Below, in pieces: positions 22,520 to 31,319 of a DNA stretch of 32,000 nucleotides. A program made the translations under genes and the position numbers. The notes beneath the pieces are model-generated. The model saw only the letters and a program-made list of their open reading frames with translations, was not told the origin of the DNA and ran no database searches. Source of the DNA: Nitrososphaerota archaeon (GTDB lineage Archaea > Thermoproteota > Nitrososphaeria > Nitrososphaerales > Nitrosopumilaceae); NCBI GenBank assembly GCA_013288545.1, contig JABDBR010000005.1:1-32000 (forward strand), written 5' to 3'. The first letter of the stretch is position 1, and every line of letters starts with the position of its first letter.

Positions 22520-23971
22520 GTGAAAACAGATTATGATATCATAGTAGCAGGTGGAGGCCTTGCAGGAATGATTGCTGCCCAGTCTGCATCTTATTACTCT
22601 AAACAGAGATTATCAATTCTAGTAATAGATAGAAATCCAGAACTTACAATTGGCAAGAAGACAATCAACGGTTGGGTTTGTGGAGACGCAGTTGGAAAGA
22701 ATACCGTAGACTACATGACCGAGCGAATAAAGATTGCATGGGGTAATCCTGAGATTGAACATCCAGTAAAAGGAGTAATGGCATTTTCTCCAGATAAAGA
22801 AACATCGATTCCCTTTGACGGTGATGGATACATGTTAAACAGACAACAACTTCCCCAACGTCAGCTTCGTGATGCAAAGAAGGCCGGAATTAATATCCAA
22901 TATTCTACAGCATTAAGAGGTCTACTATATGATAGTGGAACAGTTGTTGGAGTAGAAGGAACAAATTTAGTTACAAATGAACCATTCAAAAAAACTGCAA
23001 AGATAGTAGTTGATGCTACAGGAGTTACCTCCATGTTAAGAAACGGTTTGACCATAAGCACAAAGATAGAACGAAAAATAGACCGTGACGACTTGGAATC
23101 AACTGGACGACACATTATGAAATTTGAACAGGGTATTGATGACAAGAGAGAGTTTGATCCAGATTATTGCATAATCCATCTTGATCAAGATATAGCTCCT
23201 GGAGGATATGGATGGGTTTTCCCAAAAGGAAAAAACAAAGTAAACATTGGTTTAGGAGTACAGCAAAAGGAACTGATAAAGAGAAATCAAAGATTAGGAA
23301 CTCATGATGACGTCACTAAACTGATTAATGATTATGTAAAGATAAACAAAGCAATCAAGAATCCAAAATTATCAGATGATGAAATGGATTCCAATAACGT
23401 AACAGGCAACTGGCAAGTGTCCGTCAGAAGACAAAACGATTGTTTGGTTGCAAATGGATACATGATGGTTGGTGATTCGGCATGGATGCCAAAACCACTT
23501 GATGCTGGAGGAATCGGTCCTGCAATAGTTGCAGCTACAATTCTAGGTAAAAATGCAGTAAATGCAATTGAAGCAAATGATGTTAGTGAGACAGGTCTTT
23601 GGCAATACAATATTGATTTCATAAATGATTACGGATACAAAACAGCAGGTCTTGAAATTTTTAGACGCCTACTTCAGACTCTTACAAACGACCAGATAAA
23701 CTATGGAATGAAGCACTTTTTGTCAAAGTTGGATGTAGAGGCAATCAGTAAAGGAGAACATCCAGACTTTGGAACAGTTGGAAAACTAGGCATGATGATA
23801 AGAGGGGCTCTTAACAAAAAGTTGGCAGATGGGCTCAGATTCACAGCACAACAAAACAAGACATTAACTGAGCATTATTACAACTTCCCCAAAAAGCCAG
23901 AAGGTTTTGATGCCTGGCAGAAAACTTTGCATCATATCCTAGATGAATCATATGCAAAAATACAAGTCTAG
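22520..23971 (+). CDS. FAD-dependent oxidoreductase, geranylgeranyl reductase family
   Basis: YDIIVAGGGLAGMIAA is the GxGxxG FAD motif. Also present are VVDATGVTSMLR, GGYGWVFPKG and MMVGDSAWMPKPLDAGGIGPA, typical of archaeal GGR. At 483 aa it is longer than usual. The start is GTG, 22 nt after CTTTTAAATA. Confidence 0.8.
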   Translation: MKTDYDIIVAGGGLAGMIAAQSASYYSKQRLSILVIDRNPELTIGKKTINGWVCGDAVGKNTVDYMTERIKIAWGNPEIEHPVKGVMAFSPDKETSIPFDGDGYMLNRQQLPQRQLRDAKKAGINIQYSTALRGLLYDSGTVVGVEGTNLVTNEPFKKTAKIVVDATGVTSMLRNGLTISTKIERKIDRDDLESTGRHIMKFEQGIDDKREFDPDYCIIHLDQDIAPGGYGWVFPKGKNKVNIGLGVQQKELIKRNQRLGTHDDVTKLINDYVKINKAIKNPKLSDDEMDSNNVTGNWQVSVRRQNDCLVANGYMMVGDSAWMPKPLDAGGIGPAIVAATILGKNAVNAIEANDVSETGLWQYNIDFINDYGYKTAGLEIFRRLLQTLTNDQINYGMKHFLSKLDVEAISKGEHPDFGTVGKLGMMIRGALNKKLADGLRFTAQQNKTLTEHYYNFPKKPEGFDAWQKTLHHILDESYAKIQV

Positions 23972-24007
23972 ATCTACAAACCCATTTAAGACATTTTTAA
24001 ATTAAGG

Positions 24008-24826
24008 ATGAGACCTGGATCAAATGTGCTTGCAGAGTCATCATTATACATAGACTGGAATAATTCCTTTGAAGTTTTGGATAAGGCGTACGCAGCTAAC
24101 CTATTTGTGCTCGTAATAGGTCCCAAGGGGACAGGTAAGACCACACTAGTAAGAGAATTTGCTACAAAGAGAGGGATTAATCTTGAATCAATTAATTTCA
24201 GTTTAAGAACACGTGAAAGTCACCTAGTAGGTGCAAAGACATTAGAGAATGGTGCAATCGGATTCGAACAAGGAATTCTAGTCAAATCCATGAAAGAAGG
24301 AAATATGCTGTATCTTGATGAGATAAACTCTGCAGAAGCAGATGTACTTCTTCGTCTTGATGAGGCATTAGATGATAGAAGGCAGATCGTTCTAAAAGAA
24401 TCAGGCGGAGAGATGATCAAAGCCGCAAAAGGATGGTTTGTTGTTGCTACAATTAATCCGTTATCACATGTCGGTACAAAAGAGCTACCGCCTCAATTGT
24501 TAAGCAGATTTCCAATAAGATTAAGACTAGATTACCCACCAGAAGACATTGAATTTCAGATAGTCAAACAGTATTCATCTGGATCCCATGAAAAAGAGAT
24601 CATACAAGGAATAAAGTTGGCAAATATTCTACGACAAGCAGCTGCAGTAGAAGAGCTATACTATTCTCCAAGTTTGCGTGAAACAATAGCATTTGCAAAG
24701 ATACTTGATTCTGGTATGAAGACAAGACAAGCTGCAGAGATAGTATTTGCTAATGTATACCTACAATGGGGTAGTGTTGAATTCCAGAAAGTAAATGACA
24801 TCATAACATCGATGTTTGGTAATTAA
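24008..24826 (+). CDS. MoxR-class AAA+ ATPase (AAA_5; CbbQ/NorQ/CobS-like)
   Basis: Walker A is VLVIGPKGTGKTTL and Walker B is LYLDEIN. ...VVATINP...LPPQLLSRF is typical of the MoxR/AAA_5 family. Confidence 0.85.
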   Translation: MRPGSNVLAESSLYIDWNNSFEVLDKAYAANLFVLVIGPKGTGKTTLVREFATKRGINLESINFSLRTRESHLVGAKTLENGAIGFEQGILVKSMKEGNMLYLDEINSAEADVLLRLDEALDDRRQIVLKESGGEMIKAAKGWFVVATINPLSHVGTKELPPQLLSRFPIRLRLDYPPEDIEFQIVKQYSSGSHEKEIIQGIKLANILRQAAAVEELYYSPSLRETIAFAKILDSGMKTRQAAEIVFANVYLQWGSVEFQKVNDIITSMFGN

Positions 24827-26391
24827 TGCAATCATTACATCTCAGAAACGATACATTACTTGAGATAGCAACATTTCTTGTCAGAAGATGGTCTGAAAAA
24901 GGGTCTATCACTATCAGCATATCTGATCAAAAGGAAGTACAGACCAAATTACGAGAAAACAAAGTCTTGATGTTTCCATTAGAGCGATATCAAGGATCAG
25001 ATTTTCAAAAATACAGACAGTTCAGAATAGCTTTATGGTATGAAGCCATGCGGATTAGATATTCAAATAAAATTCTCAGCAATGATCATGCCTTTGGCTT
25101 TATTCTCAATACTCTTGAGACAAGAAGAATTGAAACTATAGCAAGAACGGTTTGGCAAGGAATGGACGGTGAGATCATCTTCAGGTATGGTGTTTCTTGG
25201 CTTTACAGGCCATTGTTGAACACACTATATGGAAACGCCAGAATTGTAGAAGGTTTTTCTCAATATTTTCTATTAGGAGATATCAAAGGTGAACTCTCAC
25301 CTAGCGCATTTGAAAAAGTCCAAAAAGCAAGCAAGTTAGCCTTGGAAATAGTCAAAGAATCAATTGAAAAAAAACATGAAACAGATTGGCTTGAAAAGAA
25401 GATACCTGAAATAATCAAAATTCTAGAAATTGACCCACTTTTAACTATCCCAATATCAATACCCAAAATCAGTTCAGGGATGGCACTTTCAGACCAAGAA
25501 TTTGTAAAGACCCTGAACAAGATTGCAAAATATCGCGAAAGTGACTTTGGTGAGTTGGATCCCAAAAGAATTTCTGAAGGTAAAGAGGTCTTAGAAGAAT
25601 TCAAAGTTTTACTTGAAGAAGCAAAAAGGACAGAGAATAAGGGTCTAAACAATGAAGTAATAGGGATAAGCATCCCCAATGCAACAAATGTAGACGAGAC
25701 AAAGATTATTGATACAGATCTTATAAACCACCTTAAAGCAAAATTCAAGGAATGGAAATCAGGCTGGAAAGAAGAACATGTTTTTTCAGGAGACGAATTT
25801 GATGAAGAAGCATACATGGAAGGTCACAAGCCTTTTCTATCAGATAGAAAAATTGCAATCAAGACCAAAATTGTGATACTTCTTGATCATTCATCCAGTA
25901 TAGCAAATCAGGAAATACAATACAAAAAGGCCACACTTGCTTTATGTGAAGTTTTAGAATATTTGAAAGTAAAATTTTCTGTATTTGCATTTAACACCGA
26001 ACAAAAACAAGTTACTTGTTGGTTAGTAAAGCCAGAAAATTTGAAATGGAATAATATTTCTGCCAAGAGACTTGCACAGATAAAAGCAAACGGCAGTACT
26101 CCATTAGCAGAAGTTTACAACATGTTGTTACCATCTCTTCGATCAAAAAAACCAGACATATTTTTGACATTAACAGATGGTGAACCATCAGATCCTGATG
26201 CAGTTCGTTCTATAATGAGAGATTTCAAATCAATTGGTGTAAAGATGGTCGCAATAGGATTTGGGCCAGACACGGGAGATGCCATAGTAATTGCAAACAA
26301 CCTCAGAAGATTAGGTTATGAGCGTACTCTTGCAGTAAGCAGATTAAGCGATATCCCAAAAAGAGTTTTGAACGTCCTAGGAACTAGTTAA
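24826..26391 (+). CDS. von Willebrand factor A (VWA) domain protein, NorD/CbbO/CobT-like partner of the MoxR ATPase
   Basis: The C-terminal VWA has a complete MIDAS: VILLDHSSSI (DxSxS), NGSTP, LTDGEPSD. The long helical N-terminal region resembles NorD/CobT proteins. The start overlaps the ATPase stop (TAATG). Confidence 0.8.
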   Translation: MQSLHLRNDTLLEIATFLVRRWSEKGSITISISDQKEVQTKLRENKVLMFPLERYQGSDFQKYRQFRIALWYEAMRIRYSNKILSNDHAFGFILNTLETRRIETIARTVWQGMDGEIIFRYGVSWLYRPLLNTLYGNARIVEGFSQYFLLGDIKGELSPSAFEKVQKASKLALEIVKESIEKKHETDWLEKKIPEIIKILEIDPLLTIPISIPKISSGMALSDQEFVKTLNKIAKYRESDFGELDPKRISEGKEVLEEFKVLLEEAKRTENKGLNNEVIGISIPNATNVDETKIIDTDLINHLKAKFKEWKSGWKEEHVFSGDEFDEEAYMEGHKPFLSDRKIAIKTKIVILLDHSSSIANQEIQYKKATLALCEVLEYLKVKFSVFAFNTEQKQVTCWLVKPENLKWNNISAKRLAQIKANGSTPLAEVYNMLLPSLRSKKPDIFLTLTDGEPSDPDAVRSIMRDFKSIGVKMVAIGFGPDTGDAIVIANNLRRLGYERTLAVSRLSDIPKRVLNVLGTS

Positions 26392-26395
26392 AGTG

Positions 26396-26851
26396 ATGAA
26401 ATGTCTTTCAGTATCTCAACCATATGCAGATTTGATAATTAACGGTAAAAAAACGACAGAACTGAGAACATGGAATACAAAATTTAGAGGAGAATTTCTG
26501 ATTCATGCACCAATTAAAATCAAAGATGATGTATGTGAGAGATTGAACATTGACAAATCGAGTCTTAGAACAGGAGTAATCATAGGAAAAGCCGAAATTT
26601 ATAATGTAAAATCATACGAGTCAGTAGAGGAACTCAAGAAGGATTATAACAAACATTTTGCCACCGAGGAATTTTTACGTCATAGATATGGATTTCTGCT
26701 CAGAAAACCACAGGCTCTCAGAGTTCCAGTTCCATACAAGGGCAGTTTGGGATTTTTTGAAGTCAAGATAAGATCTAAACCATCTGATAATGACATAAAG
26801 TCAGAATTATTTGATGAAGAATATAGATACCAATGGATAGGAAAGCACTAG
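26396..26851 (+). CDS. ASCH (PUA-like) domain protein
   Basis: MKCLSVSQPYADLIINGKKTTELRTWNTKFRGEFLIHA is the classic ASCH N-terminal pattern (a.si.qPya.lI..G.Kt.E.R). The start is 5 nt after the VWA stop (track start GTG 26393; ATG 26396). Confidence 0.75.
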   Translation: MKCLSVSQPYADLIINGKKTTELRTWNTKFRGEFLIHAPIKIKDDVCERLNIDKSSLRTGVIIGKAEIYNVKSYESVEELKKDYNKHFATEEFLRHRYGFLLRKPQALRVPVPYKGSLGFFEVKIRSKPSDNDIKSELFDEEYRYQWIGKH

Positions 26852-26869
26852 TAAAATATTATTAAAAAA

Positions 26870-27535
26870 TTAGATCTTGATGTTTGGATTTTCTTTTTTG
26901 AGTTTTTCCCAGTCTGCAAGAAAATTTTTCAGACCAACATCCGTTAGCGGATGTTTTAGCATTTTTCCAAGTACATCAGGAGGTAATGTTACCACATCAG
27001 CTCCAATTTTTGCAGCTTCTACTACATGCATAGGATGTCTTACACTTGCAACAAGAATTTGTGTACTAAATTTATAATTTTCAAAGACTTGATGCATTTC
27101 TCTGATAAGGCTCATTCCGTCTTGTCCATTATCATCAAGTCTTCCAATAAATGGACTCACATATTTTGCACCAGCTTTTGCTGCCAATATTGCCTGATTT
27201 ACAGAAAAGCAAAGTGTAACATTTACGGGAATATTTTCTGATGTCAATATCTTACAAGCCTTGAGACCTTCAGGTGTAAGAGGACATTTTACAACCACGT
27301 TGTTACCATATTTTCGCAGTCTTCGACCTTCCTCTAACATTCCATTAGTTTCCAAGCTCAATACTTCCAGGCTAACATCACCTTTGATAATTTTAACAAT
27401 TTCCTCCATGACTTTTTGAGGATCTCCTCCTTCCTTTGCCATCAGAGATGGATTCGTAGTGATTCCATCTACAAGACCCATATCGTTATACATCTTTATT
27501 GCTGAAATATTAGCAGTATCCAGAAATATCTTCAT
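26870..27535 (-). CDS. tal: transaldolase / fructose-6-phosphate aldolase (short TalC/FSA subfamily)
   Basis: MKIFLDTANISAIK...GITTNPSL...VVVKCPLT (Schiff-base Lys context)...SPFIGRLDD. Confidence 0.9.
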   Translation of the reverse strand: MKIFLDTANISAIKMYNDMGLVDGITTNPSLMAKEGGDPQKVMEEIVKIIKGDVSLEVLSLETNGMLEEGRRLRKYGNNVVVKCPLTPEGLKACKILTSENIPVNVTLCFSVNQAILAAKAGAKYVSPFIGRLDDNGQDGMSLIREMHQVFENYKFSTQILVASVRHPMHVVEAAKIGADVVTLPPDVLGKMLKHPLTDVGLKNFLADWEKLKKENPNIKI

Positions 27536-28500
27536 CTGGTTTGACTCCGAATAGCCTTAACGGCATTAGATATATGAATTGATGTAATACCATGTTTTTC
27601 AAGCAAGAGTGGAATCTCACCGTCTCTTGCAGATTCACCGAACTGATCTTTTGCTCCTATTCTTTTTACAGGAACCGGATATGTCTCAGAGACTGTCTCG
27701 GCAACTGCAGAACCAAGTCCTGCCATTACATTATGTTCTTCACAAGTGACTATTCCTCCAGTTTCACGTGCTGCTTTTTCTAAAAGTTCTGAATCAATAG
27801 GTTTGATGGAAAACATATCAATTACTCTACATGAAATTCCTTCTTGTTTCAAAAAGTCTGCAGCTTCAAGAGCAATACTGACAGTTATTCCACATGCAAC
27901 AATTGTGCAGTCAGAACCATCGCGCAATACAATTCCTTTACCCATTTTGAATTCTTGTTCTTTTGAGTGAATTACAGGTGTTTTTGATCTAGCCAACCTC
28001 ATGTAACATGGACCATAGATTTGTGCGAAAAGTCGAGTTAGTTTTTCTACTGTCACAGTATCAGATGGGACAAATACTTTGACGTTTGGAATAACTCTCA
28101 TTATTGCAATATCTTCTAGTTGTTGATGAGAACCCCCATCAGGACCCACACTAAGACCACCATGTGATACAACCATCTTCACATTCAATCCATTCTTTCC
28201 ATTTCTTGAAGGATACGCTATTGCATTACGTATTTGGTCTACGCATCTGCCAGGAAGAAATGCTGCATAAGTACTTGCAAATGGAATCTTACCCTCATTT
28301 GCAAGACCTGCCGCTATGGTGACCAAGTTGGCTTCAGCAATGCCAACGTTAAAGAACCTATTTGGAAATTTTTTTCCAAAAGGTTTTGTCTTTAATGAAT
28401 CTGTAGTATCTGCACCTACTACAACAATGTTAGGATTCTCCTCCCCTAATTTGATCAGAGTTTCACCATACACAGTTCTCATATCGGCAAATTCTGTCAT
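27532..28500 (-). CDS. tkt: transketolase, C-terminal (pyrimidine-binding + C-terminal domain) subunit
   Basis: R..YGETL..LG..NP.IVV.GADT, FFNVGIAEANLV and GGSHQQLEDIAIMR are typical of the split archaeal transketolase B subunit. There is a 4-nt overlap with both neighbours. Confidence 0.9.
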   Translation of the reverse strand: MTEFADMRTVYGETLIKLGEENPNIVVVGADTTDSLKTKPFGKKFPNRFFNVGIAEANLVTIAAGLANEGKIPFASTYAAFLPGRCVDQIRNAIAYPSRNGKNGLNVKMVVSHGGLSVGPDGGSHQQLEDIAIMRVIPNVKVFVPSDTVTVEKLTRLFAQIYGPCYMRLARSKTPVIHSKEQEFKMGKGIVLRDGSDCTIVACGITVSIALEAADFLKQEGISCRVIDMFSIKPIDSELLEKAARETGGIVTCEEHNVMAGLGSAVAETVSETYPVPVKRIGAKDQFGESARDGEIPLLLEKHGITSIHISNAVKAIRSQTR

Positions 28501-30170
28501 ACAAAACCTGCCTCCTGGGCTATCTGTAAAAGTTCAGTCTTCTTTTTCCCTACCTCATGTAGATCTATCCATTTGTTTACAAGATCAGTACTTCCAAGGC
28601 TGTGAGCCTTGTGAATCAAGAGTTTCCTTCTTGCATGCATTAGCCTCTTCCTAAATTCAACAATTGTTGTTCTGACATCTTTTTGTCCTATTATTGCACT
28701 TCCTCCTACAAACACCCTTGCACCATCCAAGAAACAAGATTCTACATTAGTCAAGTCTACACCTCCATCTGCCTCAATTAGACCCTCAAATTTTTGCTCA
28801 GATAGGAATTTTGCTATTCTTTGTGTTTTTTCATGTGTGGATTCAATATATTTTTGGCCAGATTTGCCAGGAATCACGGACATTATTATTAGCTGATCCA
28901 AATCTGAGATAAATTTCTCAGACCACTGAGGCAGTTCAGTATCAGGGTTGATTGCAAGTCCAACACTTACGGAATTGGAGCGTAGAATATCATGAATTTC
29001 TCCAAAACTTGATTCATCACAAACTTCAACATGTACAGTAATTATATCAGAGCCTGCATCGACATAGTTCTTTACATGTTTTATCGGCTCGTTTATCATA
29101 AGATGCGTGTCAAAAGGAATTGGCGTAATCGATCGGAGTTGTTTTATCTTTTCATGATCAAATGTCTTATTTGGTACAAACATACCATCCATCACATCAA
29201 GATGAATAAAGTCAGATCTTGCAAGAGCTGCCCTCTTAACCTCATTTTCTAAATTTGTCATATCTCCTGCAATTATAGATGGGGATATCAAAAATTGACA
29301 ATCTAGTTCTAGATCAATTATTGGTGATATCTGTGGATTTGGTGCAACACCATGCCACTTTGGATTATCTTCCATATGTTCTACAGATTTACCTTTGATA
29401 GTGCGAGATATGATAATTGACGGAGTTCCTTTTGTCTGTAATACTGAATTTACTGCCTTGGAAATCTGTTCTATTCGGTGACCATCTATTTCCAAGACAT
29501 TCCATCCAAAAGATCTCCATTTATCCCCCACCTTCCACCTTGCAGCATTTTTCCACATCTCAGAAATATCATCACCGACAAGCTCCTCATCCAGAGGCAT
29601 CACTCTTTCCGTATAGTCATCTTGTTGAATGAAGTTTCGGTCCAAGAAAACTGTGAGATTATCGACTTTATATTTAGAAGCAGCCATTGCAGCCTCCCAA
29701 ACTTGTCCTTCATCAGATTCACCATCACCAATTACTGTGTAGATGTGATGATTTTTACCATCAATTCTTGCTGCAAGCGCCATTCCAGTAGAAAACGACA
29801 ACCCCAAGCCAAGCGATCCTCCACAAAATTCAACTCCAGGACATTTAAAGTCGGGGTGACCTTGCAACTTGCTTCCAAATTTTCTCAGAGTCTCAATTTC
29901 AGACTTGTCAAAAAATCCAGCTACTGCAAGATTAGAAAACAAGCCAGGTGATGCATGACCTTTTGATAAGACAAGTCTATCCCTATCTTCCCAGAGAGGA
30001 TTTTTTGGATCATATTTTAGGAATTTAAAATACATACAGCCCATAATTTCTGCCATTGAAAATGATCCTCCAGGATGACCAGAACCAGCCACAGTAATTC
30101 CTTTAATCACAAGTTTCCTTGCTTCTTTTACTTTTTTGAAAATATGATAATAATTTAGGGCCATACCCAT
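28497..30170 (-). CDS. fusion protein: transketolase N-terminal (TPP-binding) subunit + ribulose-phosphate 3-epimerase
   Basis: Residues ~1-290 (AGSGHPGGSFSMAEI, LSKGHASPG, IGDGESDEGQVWEA) form the transketolase N-terminal half. Residues ~305-520 (SPSIIAGDM, HLDVMDGMFVPN, DTHLMINEP, ITVHVE, GLAINPDT, MSVIPGKSGQKYI, EADGGV, VGGSAI) form Rpe. A ~40-aa basic/helical tail follows. Confidence 0.85.
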   Translation of the reverse strand: MGMALNYYHIFKKVKEARKLVIKGITVAGSGHPGGSFSMAEIMGCMYFKFLKYDPKNPLWEDRDRLVLSKGHASPGLFSNLAVAGFFDKSEIETLRKFGSKLQGHPDFKCPGVEFCGGSLGLGLSFSTGMALAARIDGKNHHIYTVIGDGESDEGQVWEAAMAASKYKVDNLTVFLDRNFIQQDDYTERVMPLDEELVGDDISEMWKNAARWKVGDKWRSFGWNVLEIDGHRIEQISKAVNSVLQTKGTPSIIISRTIKGKSVEHMEDNPKWHGVAPNPQISPIIDLELDCQFLISPSIIAGDMTNLENEVKRAALARSDFIHLDVMDGMFVPNKTFDHEKIKQLRSITPIPFDTHLMINEPIKHVKNYVDAGSDIITVHVEVCDESSFGEIHDILRSNSVSVGLAINPDTELPQWSEKFISDLDQLIIMSVIPGKSGQKYIESTHEKTQRIAKFLSEQKFEGLIEADGGVDLTNVESCFLDGARVFVGGSAIIGQKDVRTTIVEFRKRLMHARRKLLIHKAHSLGSTDLVNKWIDLHEVGKKKTELLQIAQEAGFV

Positions 30171-30212
30171 TCCAAAATTTGAATTTCAGAATTTTGACTA
30201 GAATTCAAATTC

Positions 30213-30677
30213 ATGTTTTTTAGCGCATTTGGAGTAAATAAAAAGTTATTTCACAAAATATTAATCCAAAAGCAGCGTATACAAAATGTGGATATAGTAG
30301 ATCTTTTTCCTCTTGTGATTTACGATGATAGATGCTACCTTTGTTCTAAATTTGCAAGTGTAGTTCATACCTTTGCTAGAGACAAGATCTTGATAGTAGG
30401 TCATTATTCTGACATAGGAATGAAAATAAAATCTGAGATTTTTGATCACAATTATGACTCTACTAGAATGTTCTGGTTTATGACAAAGAAGACTGCATAT
30501 GGCGGAAGATCTGCAATTTTACCTCTTTTTTTCAACATTTTGACTGGTAAGTCAAGAGAGCACTTGGATTATGATTCATCCTCTAGTTGTAGTCAAGATT
30601 GTAAAACTCCTAGAGCGTTTTTCATGAGAACAAAGAGCCTATTTTCCAATAGCAAAAAAATAGCCCTAAAATTCTGA
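30213..30677 (+). CDS. DCC-family (DUF393) thiol-disulfide oxidoreductase-like protein
   Basis: LVIYDDRCYLCSKFA matches the DUF393 signature (v.yDG.C.lC). Family members usually start ~10 aa before this motif, so in-frame GTG 30288 may be the true start. Confidence 0.6.
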   Translation: MFFSAFGVNKKLFHKILIQKQRIQNVDIVDLFPLVIYDDRCYLCSKFASVVHTFARDKILIVGHYSDIGMKIKSEIFDHNYDSTRMFWFMTKKTAYGGRSAILPLFFNILTGKSREHLDYDSSSSCSQDCKTPRAFFMRTKSLFSNSKKIALKF

Positions 30678-30681
30678 AAAA

Positions 30682-30810
30682 TCAATATCCTCTGCTATTT
30701 CTATCAGGCGTTCCAACATTTGGATTTCTAAACCCATGTTTTTCCATCATATGGTTTAGGAACCTAATGTCGTCAGAGAATTTTTCTCCACATATACTGC
30801 AATTATTCAT
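30682..30810 (-). CDS. 42-aa classical C2H2 zinc-finger micro-protein (below ORF-track cutoff)
   Basis: Hand translation gives MNNCSICGEKFSDDIRFLNHMMEKHGFRNPNVGTPDRNSRGY*. It matches C-x2-C-x3-F-x5-hydrophobic-x2-H-x4-H exactly (C4, C7, F11, F17, H20, H25). Confidence 0.55.
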   Translation of the reverse strand: MNNCSICGEKFSDDIRFLNHMMEKHGFRNPNVGTPDRNSRGY

Positions 30811-30863
30811 AGTAACAGTGACTGATCGCGATCTTTTTTAGGTTTTGTAAATATATACAACAC

Positions 30864-31121
30864 ATGGTAGATGACCAAAAACTACACAAGATCACCTTTA
30901 CCATCACACCTAATGCAAATGGCTATGTTGTAGGATGTAATGAAATACAATCATTATTTACAGATGTATCTTCAGTTGCAAAAATTGATAAAGTCATGAG
31001 AGATCTCCTGTCAGAGTACATCGATAACTTTCCAGATGACGCACAAAAGAGAGGTTTTGACAAAAACACGCCCATTGAAACAACATGGCATGCGTCTCCT
31101 AATTCAGTTGCTTTAGAATAG
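30864..31121 (+). CDS. hypothetical protein (possibly HicB-like/UPF0150 fold)
   Basis: 85-aa protein. KITFTITPNANGYVVGCNEIQSLFTDVSS...VMRDLLSEYI resembles the HicB N-terminal domain pattern, which is weak evidence. No HicA-like partner was seen. Confidence 0.4.
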   Translation: MVDDQKLHKITFTITPNANGYVVGCNEIQSLFTDVSSVAKIDKVMRDLLSEYIDNFPDDAQKRGFDKNTPIETTWHASPNSVALE

Positions 31122-31126
31122 TAAAA

Positions 31127-31244
31127 GGCGCCAGCACTACTGCTTCCCAAGGGCTCTCGCACCTTAGTAACACAGTAGCGACATTGGGTTTGACTTCCGG
31201 GTTCGGTATGGGACCGGGTCGGACCCCAACGCTGTGGCCGGCTT
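31127..31244 (-). rRNA. 5S ribosomal RNA (stand-alone)
   Basis: The minus strand reads ...GCCGGCCACAGCGTTGGGGTCCGACCCGGTCCCATACCGAACCCGGAAGTCAAACCC...GGGAAGCAGTAGTGCTGGCGCC followed by TTTT. It contains the conserved archaeal 5S core (ACCCGG.C.CAU.CCGAACCCGGAAGU.AA). TATA-like TTAATACA lies about 24 nt upstream. Ends are approximate (+/- 3 nt). Confidence 0.85.
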
Positions 31245-31319
31245 AGTTTCTTTGGTTTCTAATGTTATGTATTAATCTTACTTGATAGAGATATAAATTA
31301 AGAAAGAGAGGTGTAACGC

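Noticed and set aside
25260-25817. 185-aa antisense ORF inside the VWA gene. Similar long antisense ORFs occur at 18890..19330 (RecJ-like), 29478..29951 (tkt-rpe), 12294..12629 (amt), and 7459..7767 / 7537..7869 (amoA).
   Set aside because: Each lies entirely opposite a gene with strong family motifs. Their products are low-complexity (Ser/Phe/Ile-rich) with no motifs. Such ORFs are expected by chance opposite AT-rich coding DNA.
24008-26391. Interpreting the MoxR-VWA pair as a phage-defence system.
   Set aside because: The pair sits among housekeeping genes (GGR, pentose-phosphate operon). It has a complete MIDAS/Walker set typical of NorQ/NorD, CbbQ/CbbO and CobS/CobT chaperones. No nuclease or other effector domain is present. 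The ASCH linkage is still reported as a finding.
30864-31121. HicB-like protein as part of a HicAB toxin-antitoxin pair.
   Set aside because: No HicA-like (~60-70 aa, dsRBD-like) ORF is adjacent. The neighbouring micro-ORF is a C2H2 finger on the opposite strand. The similarity to HicB is only impressionistic.
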